The notes beneath the pieces were generated by a model, which did not search any database, was not told where the DNA came from, and was given only the letters and a program-made list of their open reading frames with translations. From the NCBI RefSeq assembly GCF_001194135.2, contig NC_068997.1, positions 35,002,721 to 35,050,528 of the forward strand: a stretch of DNA of 47,808 nt, read 5' to 3'. Source of the stretch: Octopus bimaculoides (lineage: Eukaryota). Shown in pieces: positions 9,158-19,929 of the stretch. Position 1 is the stretch's first letter; each line of letters opens with the position of its first letter. Position numbers and translations under genes: made by a program.

Positions 9158-11229
9158 GGCGTCCGGACAAAAGTTCCCTAGGGCAAAGCCCCTAAGGACA
9201 AAAGCCCCACGTTTATATTTTTCGATTATTTTTTAGTTTTTAGAATTTTTAGTTGAATGTATTGACCCCAGAATTATTTTTTACTTGCTGCAGGACTGCG
9301 GTTGGCCATGCTGGGGCACCCCATTGAAGAATTTTTAGATGGCTTTATGGAACAGAATTTTTTTAAAGCTTGATCAAAACCATTTCTGTGATATAATTCA
9401 TTTTTGCTTTTCCTTTTACTTGTTGCAGTCGTTAGACTGAATTAATGCTGGGACACCACCTTCAGGAAATTTTAGTCAATCGACTCCAGAATTTTTGTAG
9501 ATGATTTTCAACCAACGCATGAAGTTAAGCCTAGGTCTCTCGACATACTAACAAATAACAGCCAAATCTCTTGAAATTGTTTATAACCCCCACCCACACT
9601 CGGTTATATTTTTTGGTTATTCTTCGTTTTTCTTTATTTTCTAAAAATCTTTTTATTTGTTTCAGTCACTGGACTGCGGCCATGCTGGGGCACCGCCTTG
9701 AAGAATTTTTGTCGAATGTAGCGATCCTAGAATCTTTTTAGATGATTTTCAACCAGCATATAAAGTTAAGCCTAGAAGGTCTCTCCACATGTTAGAAATA
9801 ACAGCCAAATCTTCCATTTTTGTTTTATAATTTCACGTAAACAAAAACGGAAATCGTAGTTGTAAAAAAAAAACTTTTATTTTCCAAAATTCCGATTTTT
9901 AAGCAAATAAAATATATTTAATCGAAAAAACGGTGTCAAAACATATATGGGATCTTTAGNNNNNNNNNNNNNNNNNNNNNNNNNNNNNNNNNNNNNNNNN
10001 NNNNNNNNNNNNNNNNNNNNNNNNNNNNNNNNNNNNNNNNNNNNNNNNNNNNNNNNNNNNNNNNNNNNNNNNNNNNNNNNNNNNNNNNNNNNNNNNNNNN
10101 NNNNNNNNNNNNNNNNNNNNNNNNNNNNNNNNNNNNNNNNNNNNNNNNNNNNNNNNNNNNNNNNNNNNNNNNNNNNNNNNNNNNNNNNNNNNNNNNNNNN
10201 NNNNNNNNNNNNNNNNNNNNNNNNNNNNNNNNNNNGAAATAGCAGCCAAATTTTCTTCAAATCAAACTCTAGTTTAGGGTTAGGGTTCGGGTTTTAGAGT
10301 TAGGGTTAGGGTTATGAGTGAGGTTATTGCAAAAATAATCATAACCCTAACCGTAACCCTATTACGAAAGAGCACTGACTGTATTCAGCTGAATAGACGT
10401 CAGTGATTGGTTGAAATTACAGAAATACGACAACTTTAACATGAAATAACTTGCGATGTACAATTTTTTGTTAAGAAGGCTAAGAGAAAAAGTTGTTTTA
10501 TATGACACATTCTACCAGTGTCCCAAGTTTGAAAGTGTTTCGTTAAGAAAACAAGTGTTGCCCGTCAAATCATAAAGATCCCATCTATGTCCTTCACAAT
10601 GGTAATTTCCGCGTTTCAATTATTTTCCTCGTTTTTAGAATAATTTTAAAGTTTGATAATGAAAATAAATCAACCTTAACATCAATAATAGAATAACAGA
10701 ACACAAAACTCTTTACTACTCAATGTACATATTGCCTGAATTCTAACAAAAGGGAAAGCATTTACTTCAAGAAATGTGTAGAAACATAAAAATGATAAGA
10801 AGTACGTTTGAATGACTACATATATACATATAAAATGAAATAAATATTACACATGTCTCTGACATGTTTTTTCTTCACAAAAACCAGAATTTGTCATTTT
10901 TATGGAGAAACACCCAGCTCCCTGTTTAAGAACAAGAAGTACGTTTGAATGATTATCCTTCTGTTAGACTTTCAACGGCCGGAGAAAGTTCAAAAGGTCA
11001 ACTTATTCTCATTAATCTGTAAGTGCTAAGAGAAGAAAACAAAAGACCTTAAATATATATTTTTTTAAATGCTGATGACCGCAGTCTAATAAATGTAACA
11101 AGTAAAAAGAAAAAAAAGTTTCTAATGACTGAAATAAGTAAAAGGTAAGAAAAAAAATAATCGAAAGATATAACCATGGGGCTTTTGTCCACTTTCACAC
11201 TTTAACTATGGGGCTTTTGTCCTACACTC
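9158..11229. mobile_element. Mutator-like (MULE) non-autonomous element containing a nested MITE
   Basis: TIRs with repeated GGACAAAAGCCCC units: left GGACAAAAGCCCCACGTTTATATTTTTCGATTATTTTTT matches the reverse complement of the right arm. The 9-bp TSD is AGCAAAAAT (9149-9157) and GGCAAAAAT (11230-11238), 8 of 9 identical. Confidence 0.75.
9949..10582. mobile_element. Second copy of the long-TIR MITE, opposite orientation, partly in a gap
   Basis: Ends are GGGATCTTTA... and ...TAAAGATCCC, with AT on both flanks. The right arm 10380-10582 is the near-exact reverse complement of 2586-2775. It has an internal TTAGGG tract. Confidence 0.8.
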
Positions 11230-11955
11230 GGCAAAAATAACTACATACACACAAGGACATAATCGCGTATGCCTGCACCAGCACAAACGTAAGATTGCAA
11301 AAGATTATAGTGAGCAGAAGAGAAAGAATCTGAAGGAAAAAGTCTTCCTTACTGACGTTTCTCTGTTTCCGAATGAGAGATTAATTGTGAAGAATTTGAG
11401 ATGTGACCTTATTATGAAATAGAAGATGGATTGAGAGACAACCTAAGCGTTCTAGTGGACATCAAGGAATTGATTCCGAGAGCAATCACCTAAACAGTAC
11501 CTGTTTACATATTCATGAACTAAGTTGGAGTTTATAATTAATTATTTCAACTTTTAAAAAATTTTTCATTTAAAGATATCAAATGCTTCAAATGGGAAGT
11601 CTAAATTGTAAATGAGAATACAGATATTTTAAGCAACAGCAAAATAATGCATACAGTTATGTAACTAAACAGAAAGCTATTTTCTATCAAAATCTACCTA
11701 AAGTTATTCCGTGATGAAATTCATCATACATCATTTTTCACTTAGAATTATAACTCTTTATGAGGAAATAAAAATACAATTCATGAATAAAATATTTTAC
11801 TAATGCGCAATATATCTTGATTCACAAAGAAATAATTTAATACATAAACATTTGCAAAACTTTTCACACAAACTTTCCTGGGGTTTTTTTTTTTGGTTTT
11901 TTTTAATTTCATGTTTGAAGTATAACATGTAAGATGAAAATTATTTTCAATTTAG

Positions 11956-12128
11956 AGGTGATATGTCGACAAATGGATGATTACATACGAGACCCATCAG
12001 ATTGCGGTGCTTTCTACCGATGTTTCAATGGCAGCCCAGTCAGGTTTGTTTGCCCCCGAAATATGCTTTTCAGTAGTCGCCGGAAACTTTGTGATTATGC
12101 CCGTAATGTCCAAGACTGCAATAATTGA
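11956..12128 (+). CDS. Last coding exon of a chitin-binding type-2 (CBM14/peritrophin-A) domain protein
   Basis: C-RQMDDYIRDPSD-C-GAFYR-C-FNGSPVRFV-C-PRNMLFSSRRKL-C-DYARNVQD-C has six Cys with spacing 12/5/9/12/8 and the conserved aromatics. A phase-1 acceptor TTTTCAATTTAG lies at 11955, the stop TGA at 12126-12128, and a donor AAG|GTAAAC at 12138/9. Upstream exons were not identified. Confidence 0.85.
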
Positions 12129-12343
12129 CATCAAAAAGGTAAACTTTCTTATTTTAACTAATCACTTTAACATTCTTACCTTTAATATAAGTCTTTTTTT
12201 CTTTTTCTTTTTTATTGTTTGATTTGTCATTAGGGCGTTGGACAAAATGTTTAGCGGTTTTTCTTCCCTTTTGGGGTCGATAAAATAAACACCAATGAAC
12301 CCACTCCGCTACAATTTGAAACCATTATTATAGTTTACTTTGT

Positions 12344-12565
12344 AAGGTAGCGAGCTGGAAAAATCGTTAGCACACCGGGCAAAATGCTTAGCGGCATTTC
12401 GTCCGTCTTTACGTTCTGAGTTCAAATTCTGCCGAGGTCGACTTTGTCTTTCCTCATTTCGGAGTCGATAAAATAAGTACCAGTTGAATACTGGGGTTGA
12501 TCTAATCGACTATCCCCCTCTCTCAAATTTTCAGGCCTTGTATCTATAGTAGAAAGGATTATTAT
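12344..12565 (+). mobile_element. tRNA-derived SINE with Nin/Deu-like central domain
   Basis: A/B-box-like head (GGTAGCGAGCTGG...GAGTTCAAATTC), core GAGGTCGACTTTGTCTTTC...GTCGATAAAATAAGTACCAG and an (ATT)n tail. Partial copies lie at about 12255-12330 and 12580-12690. Confidence 0.8.
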
Positions 12566-13691
12566 GGTTTGGTTTGAGCGATGTAGCTGGCAGAAGCAGT
12601 GCAAATTGTGGATCGATAAGTTCTGAGTTCAAATCCCATCGAGATCGACTTTGTTTTCCACTCTACTGAGATTGATAAAATGAGTATTATTAAATATATT
12701 TAAAGGAAAAGCATGAACTAGAACCGGTTCAGGTGACTCAAGTTCTTTTTCCTTCAGAAACCTGTGGCCATTTGCTTAAGAAAGAAATCCTTATTAGAAT
12801 TTATTGTATTGAACAATGAAATTAGTGTTTTACAGTTATCTAGATTCACCCATGCAGCCAGAATATCGGAGATACCAGCTTTTATAGACTCTTAAGATAA
12901 ATATAATTAGCTTTCTAACATTTGATTTGCGAAAATAGATTGCTGAGTTGTGATCCATCCTCAAATATTGATGGTGCAGTCAACACAGGTGTTTGACTAA
13001 ACGTGTTTCAGTCTCTACATTCTCCAAATATTTGCATTCCTATATCCAGTTTCTAGTGTTTTAACCCTTAAACGGTGGACATGATGATGATGACGATGAC
13101 GATGACGACGTCGGCGGCGGCCTAGATAGCACAGAAGAAAGTAATGCTTCAACTAGCTCTGAATGGAAAAAGTGAACCGATTTTTCTCCATTTGAACATT
13201 CGTTTGACAACAGCAATGCGGATATCTCATATGAATTTATACTCAAATGATTGTATTGCCCTTACTTCTTTATTTTTATAATCTAAGATTTAAAATCTCA
13301 TTTTCATAGTTTTTGTATATATCTAAAGTGAAAATAAGTAAAAAAAAAAAAAACTATTCTTAAAAACTGTTCTTTGTTAGTATATTGTATAGAGAGTAGG
13401 TAGAAAGCACTTCGAGTATTAACTTGGGCTTTCCATGTTTTAGCAAGGTTTATTGATTTCTTGTACGCTTCTAATACCATACATTCTAATCAGCCTTGAA
13501 ATTCCTTTGACTATACTGAGCTATCTTTTAGACATGCAAGATGATGAAGTGTTGTGTTCAGAATGTAGACCTAAACAAGTTGATATGGGAGAAAAGTTGT
13601 TGCTCTACAACAGGCACTACTTGTTTGCAAAAATAATGTACTCAAAAGAGGTGGGGAAACGCCGGCGATGCAGTTATTGTGAGAGTAACAT

Positions 13692-13887
13692 TGATTTCAA
13701 ATTTTGGTACAAGGCCAGCAATTTCGGGAGAGGGATAGGTCGATTATATGAACCTTCCAGTATCGACCCCGAAAGGATGAAAGGCAAAGTCGACCTCAGC
13801 GGCATTTGAACTAAGAACATAAAGACGGACGAAATGCCTCTGAACATTTGGCCCAACGTGCTAACGGTTCTGCCAGCTCGCCGCCTT
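13692..13887 (-). mobile_element. Nin-domain SINE
   Basis: Reverse complement of the 12344-12565 family: head AAGGCGGCGAGCTGGCAGAA and core GAGGTCGACTTTGCCTTTCATCCTTTCGGGGTCGATA. Confidence 0.8.
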
Positions 13888-14149
13888 ATGGTGAGTGTAA
13901 TTTTGTCAATGGTACTAGATAGCATTGCTAGATCTACCAATAGAGTTGATGTCAGGGATTATTTGCTGAGTCTTGTGAAATTGCTACACCCAATTTTAAT
14001 ATGTTCAGAAGAGCTGAGACAATTAGAAGTGCTTCGTCTGAGATTATATATTGGTTTCTTTTCTTTCATCACAAACGAAACGTAAATATAATAATTAGAT
14101 AACAGATAACATCTCAAGTTTACATTGTTAATACAGGTAGCACCTAGTT

Positions 14150-15365
14150 ATCTGTACGGGGCAGTCAGGCGGTAGTAGATGACGGCGGCAATGTAGGTGT
14201 TCGCCACCTCCACCCGATCCTTCTGGAGTAGTTTCTTCTCAGTCCGTTTCTGGGTGAGACTAGCTACGCTGTTCGTTTTTGTCCCCTCGGTTTTGGTCAA
14301 CCTGGAGATCAGGACAAAACCAAAGCCCGAGCAATTTAACCGATCTCAATAACGCTGTTGGGCGATATAGACCTGCCTTTCCAGGTGCCGCGTTGCAGGC
14401 CCAACGACTTCGCGTACAATGCTGGAAGATACCGCCCGGTTTATAAAAACATTGACAGGCAAAAGCTGTTCTAACGTTCCTGCTTAAGACATTAACTGGA
14501 ACAGCTAGAAAAACTATTCTATAACAACACGTCTTTAAAAACTCCTTTTCTGGAAACGCATCAAGTGGAGAGATTTTTCAAAAATATATGGTAAGACATC
14601 TAATTTATATCGAGAGCAAAATAGTTCGGGATAGAGGTCGTAGTCCTATTTAGGCTGAGGTCCTCGCACTGCGACATTCCTTAGTCTCCTGCCAGGGCGA
14701 AGAGTTCGTTCTCTTCTCACATATTGTGAAGAAAATACAGTGAAGTTATGAACACCAGGTGTCCCACTAGGACTGGATCATTTGGTGAAAATTTTACATG
14801 GAGGGATACACACTCGAGTATTGTTCTCACAAGAAGTCTCCCTTACGGTGTTTTGATATGGCTACCTCGCCTAATCGTCACCCGAGGTAAATGTATGTAC
14901 ATACTTCGTTACACCTCGTACTCCTTTCAGAGAACGGTGTAACTGAGAAGTTAACCGGAGAATTCAAGTTGCTGTGTCCGTAGTATTTTCATCTCTTGCA
15001 GCTGCTATTGGTAGGTCTCTAGCTGTTGCCTTGATTGAAGTTATCGTTCCTGATATTGATGTTAATATTGCTGGTTTGTCTCTTCTTGTTATTGTGCTTA
15101 TTGTAGTTTGTTTTTCTGATTGTGTTGTTTGCGCTGGTATTGTTACTGCTGCTGCTATTTTCGTTGCTATTGCTTTTGTGGTTGTTGGTTTGTCGGCTGC
15201 TTTGGCAGTTTGGCCACGTCTTTTGGGGCGATGTATGACTTAGCAACGCTGACCTTTTCGGTTTGAGGAGGTTAAACAAGCAGGTCGTCTTTCCAGCCTC
15301 TCCTCTTTTTGGATGGCCTTTCTACAAGTTCTAGTCGGATTCTTTGTTGTTACTCTTCTCTAAAT
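14150..15365 (-). mobile_element. Decayed, internally deleted Tx1/L1-like LINE retaining the ORF1 tail and ORF2 fragments
   Basis: Minus strand: ERRPACL (knuckle region of ORF1) and a T/A-rich tail, then a VRGV/VAIS endonuclease-start-like stretch (weak). Post-RT ORF2 fragments follow: KSLGLQRGTWKGRS, LGLWFCPDLQVDQN and SLTQKRTEKKLLQKDRVEVANTYIAAVIYYRLT. Confidence 0.6.
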
Positions 15366-15432
15366 CTGACAGCTACGATAGCATGAAAATAAGTGTTAAC
15401 TTTTGTTTCGTCTGTAATTTCTGTTTGTGAAA

Positions 15433-17425
15433 GGACGTGGTTTAATGGTTAGGGTATTCAGCTTACGATCGTAAGGTTGTGAGTTCAATTCCTGGTGACG
15501 CGTTGTGTCCTTGAGCAAGACACTTTATTTCACGTTGCTCCAGTTCAGAGGCAAAAATGAGTTGTAACCTGTAATTCAAAGAGCCAACCTTGTCACATTA
15601 TGTGTCACGCTTAATCTCTCAGAGAATTATGTTAATGGTACGCGTGACTGTGGAGTGCTCAGCACCTGCACGTTAATTTTTTTCGACTGGTGACGTCGTT
15701 GAATTGTGTCATGTTTTGAAGGAGCGCTTGAGTAGAAATACGTTGTAGGAATTTGTTGAGGACCTGTTATTATATTGTTGCCGTTTTGTTGGAATTGTTT
15801 TGTTGTTGAAAGCCATTGCTGTGCTGAGGTGGTTTAATATGACTACCAGCTACGCAGCTGCAGCTAGCAGCGGCAGGCCGACCAGCGACATGGGAATGAG
15901 AGAGGTGAAGGTAGATATGGAAAATTTGAAGAAACATTTCAAATATTTGAAGAAGGAGGGAGACTGCTTGAGGGTCGACCCTCCCAAAGAAGTGATGGAA
16001 GAAGCAGAAAAGAAAATTATCACATATAAAACCTTAAGAATCGGCTCCAAGAAAATAGAAATAGCGGACACTGAAATGATTGAGAAGCGTCTGAAGGAAA
16101 TCACAGNNNNNNNNNNNNNNNNNNNNNNNNNNNNNNNNNNNNNNNNNNNNNNNNNNNNNNNNNNNNNNNNNNNNNNNNNNNNNNNNNNNNNNNNNNNNNN
16201 NNNNNNNNNNNNNNNNNNNNNNNNNNNNNNNNNNNNNNNNNNNNNNNNNNNNNNNNNNNNNNNNNNNNNNNNNNNNNNNNNNNNNNNNNNNNNNNNNNNN
16301 NNNNNNNNNNNNNNNNNNNNNNNNNNNNNNNNNNNNNNNNNNNNNNNNNNNNNNNNNNNNNNNNNNNNNNNNNNNNNNNNNNNNNNNNNNNNNNNNNNNN
16401 NNNNNNNNNNNNNNNNNNNNNNNNNNNNNNNNNNNNNNNNNNNNNNNNNNNNNNNNNNNNNNNNNNNNNNNNNNNNNNNNNNNNNNNNNNNNNNNNNNNN
16501 NNNNNNNNNNNNNNNNNNNNNNNNNNNNNNNNNNNNNNNNNNNNNNNNNNNNNNNNNNNNNNNNNNNNNNNNNNNNNNNNNNNNNNNNNNNNNNNNNNNN
16601 NNNNNNNNNNNNNNNNNNNNNNNNNNNNNNNNNNNNNNNNNNNNNNNNNNNNNNNNNNNNNNNNNNNNNNNNNNNNNNNNNNNNNNNNNNNNNNNNNNNN
16701 NNNNNNNNNNNNNNNNNNNNNNNNNNNNNNNNNNNNNNNNNNNNNNNNNNNNNNNNNNNNNNNNNNNNNNNNNNNNNNNNNNNNNNNNNNNNNNNNNNNN
16801 NNNNNNNNNNNNNNNNNNNNNNNNNNNNNNNNNNNNNNNNNNNNNNNNNNNNNNNNNNNNNNNNNNNNNNNNNNNNNNNNNNNNNNNNNNNNNNNNNNNN
16901 NNNNNNNNNNNNNNNNNNNNNNNNNNNNNNNNNNNNNNNNNNNNNNNNNNNNNNNNNNNNNNNNNNNNNNNNNNNNNNNNNNNNNNNNNNNNNNNNNNNN
17001 NNNNNNNNNNNNNNNNNNNNNNNNNNNNNNNNNNNNNNNNNNNNNNNNNNNNNNNNNNNNNNNNNNNNNNNGGGTTATATCTGGGCTACAACACTTTGCC
17101 AAGCGTCGTAACGGCGGAGGAGCTGAAGCAATACATAATAATGAAAGAATAAGAACTGTATAAGAAAACTGTGAAATGAAACTGCGAGCTTTGGGGGACT
17201 CGTAAGCCATTCCATCATCATATTGTAATTTACTCATTTCATCTCATAATTCGATCTATGTACCCCACGTTTTGTGTTGACTGTCCTTGTAATGTCCCCC
17301 TTCTTTGTAAATGAGGCCTTCGTGCCTGTAATAAAGATTTACCTGCACGTTAATTTCACGAACAGACTGTTCCATTGATCGGATCAACTGGCACCCACGT
17401 CGTCGTAACCGACGGAGTGCCAGTT
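15433..17425 (+). mobile_element. tRNA-derived SINE (15433-15679 plus 17341-17425) split by copy D
   Basis: Head GGACGTGGTTTAATGGTTAGGG...GTGAGTTCAATTCC, then TGTGTCCTTGAGCAAGACACTT. The sequence resumes after the duplicated target site. Confidence 0.75.
15680..17340 (+). mobile_element. ORF1-only element, copy D (1661 bp as assembled), with a 16-bp TSD
   Basis: ACCTGCACGTTAATTT occurs at 15664-15679 and 17341-17356. The N-terminus MTTSYAAAAS...REVKVDMENLKKHFKYLKKEGDCLRVDPPKEVM aligns with copy A, and the C-terminus is GYNTLPSVVTAEELKQYIIMKE*. The 3' end GAGGCCTTCGTGCCTGTAATAAAGA matches copy A. The 965-N gap is close to the equivalent roughly 990-bp span in copy A. Confidence 0.8.
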
Positions 17426-17455
17426 TCTGTTCGATTAAGTTGTCTCCGTTGATGT

Positions 17456-17484
17456 TGGTGGTGGTGGTGGTGGTGATGGTGGTG
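17456..17484. repeat. (GGT)n microsatellite; other simple repeats include (TG)n at about 6205-6228 and 25089-25134, (ATT)n at 25327-25347 and (TA)n at 40353-40377
   Basis: Seen directly in the sequence. Confidence 0.9.
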
Positions 17485-17756
17485 TCATTGAGGGAGTTTG
17501 ATCTTGAGTACCTCTGCGTATGTGCACAGAGAAAGTTTTGTTTTTTCGTGTTGGCACTGCTTCTGTTGATTTGACTTACATCACTATGAACTCTCTCATT
17601 CTGCTGCCAACTTCAGTACATGCCTGCCAAAAGGCTTCCAAATACGTCTCATATGAATTCTTTCGACTCTAACGAATCTGCTTATTCATCACAGTGATTG
17701 TTCATGTATCACAAGGGAGATGAAAGTGGGACATTAGAAATAAAGGGTAAAGAGTA

Positions 17757-18085
17757 AGGACCATTTCGGTCATGAATGATCATGGGATCACACCGAGAAA
17801 GTTCCCCTCTGAGACACAAGTCCAGGCAAGGTTGTTTATGGAAGACCAGCAGCAGTTGCTCATGCATACCAGTCTCCCTCTCCATGCCACTGATGTTATC
17901 CAAGGGAAAGGCAAAGGCCAATACAGCTTGGTACCAGTGATATCGCAACTCATTTCTACAGCTGAGTGAACTGGAGAAACATAAAATAAAGTGTCTTGCT
18001 CAAGAGCACAACACAGCCCAGTCCAGGAATCAAACTCACTACTTCATGATTGTGAGCCCAACACTCTAACCACTGAGCTATCCAC
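17757..18085 (-). mobile_element. tRNA-derived SINE of about 330 bp
   Basis: The reverse complement has a tRNA-like head (GGATAGCTCAGTGGTTAGAGTGTTGGGCTC...GAGTTTGATTCC) and TGTGCTCTTGAGCAAGACACTT, as in the 15433 SINE, followed by a different 3' body. Confidence 0.7.
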
Positions 18086-19929
18086 TTTCACCAGGACATA
18101 AGAAATACAGATTGCAAAAACAAGGAGAATTTTGCAGCTCATGAAAAGCAAACAAAAAAGCATACATAAATTGAAAATATATATATAATATGACACTATA
18201 AAATATATATCCTGAAAGAGGAACAGTCATTTTGGACAAAATAAGTCACTCACAAATCCCCAAAATCCCTTCAGAACTAAAGCAAACCCTTTTACCTCCA
18301 GTGAAATTACCATCCATTTAAACCAGGTATGTAACTTTCACTCTCCTTTCGTTTACAGTAAGTTTATGGTAGGATGACACTTCCTTCTCCTACTTTTCAA
18401 GTGATAAATGAAAAAGTTAATGAGGACTTTGTCATAAAGGAAAGTGCCTATCCTCATCCACAATATCTATTTTGCTAGAGGTATCAGACAGAGGAAATTA
18501 ACCTTTCCTTCCCAGCCAAAAAAAGATTTAAAGTCACTTTGCACTGAACTAGAGTAACAGATGGATCCATTCTGCAGACAATAACAAGTATTTGAAATAG
18601 CTCCCATGGTTTCATCACTCTGCACACATCTAGAACTGGCAATGTTAATTGTCATGCCACCTAGTCACACTGCCAGGCCTAGAGCTTTTGGAAGTTATCC
18701 ATAATGTCCAGTCTCAAAGCCAGACATATGCAAAGACACATGTTTGCATGTATCCATGCACTTTCATGCACTCACTCACCTATATATGTACAAATAAATT
18801 GGACATACTGTTTTCTAGTTTGCACATTATTTTGAACCGTTCCAAACACTAAACTATGGGATTCTCAGGAAATTATGGATACTGTATCTACTAAAGCTGA
18901 ACATATTGACTTAAAATGAGATATTTTGGTAATTTACTTCTTCTTTTTTTTTTTTTTTTTTTTTTGTTATTGTAGGAAATTGCTGAATACTTTTACTGAC
19001 AAATGAAATTAAAGAGAACTGAATATAGGAAAGAAAATACTTTAAACTATCCTCTAATGGAAATCAATCCAAAATAAGGCTTGTTTTCTTCTCACTACAG
19101 AGGGTCAAAAACACTTTGAAAATATACAAATATAATACTTAAACAAGAGATTAAAAAGGTCTACTGCTAGCTAACAGTGACATGAATAAATGTGTAATTT
19201 TTATATCGTAATTTTTAATGGTATTTCTATTTTAAATTTAAGGTTTTAAAAAAACTATAATTTCAATGATAGATAATTAAAAAAAAATGTACTTTGTTCC
19301 TTCTGGTTGTTTCATTCTTTTCTTTTATTGATTTATTTGTTTGTTTTTGGTATTTTTTTATCCTGTTTTGGTCCAAATCATACTTGTGTATTAATTACCT
19401 GAATATGATTTCCACACATTAAACACAACACAATGTTGATACTTTTGTTATTAAATCCATAAACCTGGTATCATTACATAAATGGTTTTACACCAATAAT
19501 AGTTTGCTTTTATGTTTTTCATTTTAAGAGCTTTGATAATTAAGAAGTGATAAAGTTTTTTCTAACAGCAGCAGTAAGAATTTAGAAAGATCAAGTTTGT
19601 CTGAAGATTCCTCATTTTTATCTGCCAAATATCCTGTTGCTCATTTGCTGGTTATAATTTTACAGCAACATTAAATATGTGCATATTAAAGATATTATCT
19701 ATGATTTTCAATATACTTGTGCACATAGGTGGTAGAATGCTTGTGCTTAGTTATTCTGGGAAGAAGGTGACATGGAGGTGCCACTGTCAAGGTTTGCTGG
19801 GTGTGGAGAATGCATAAGAGAGGGAAGGTCTTTCTGATGTGGACCCAGCTGAGGGACTGGCCATCAGAGATGATAGCAGTAGATAGGTAGAGGAGGACTC
19901 TTGGATCATCATGAGTCACTGCTGAGATG

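Noticed and set aside
10273-10313. True telomere or chromosome-fusion site
   Set aside because: Only a few degenerate units, embedded in a MITE that is present twice.
13078-13175. Poly-Asp acidic protein exon (GHDDDDDDDDDVGGG...)
   Set aside because: Explained by a (GAT/GAC)n microsatellite. The upstream CBM14 exon already ends in a stop, and there is no start codon or frame link.
15433-15500. tRNA genes at SINE heads (also 12344, 18085, 26313)
   Set aside because: A and B boxes are present but there is no complete cloverleaf, and each continues into a SINE body.
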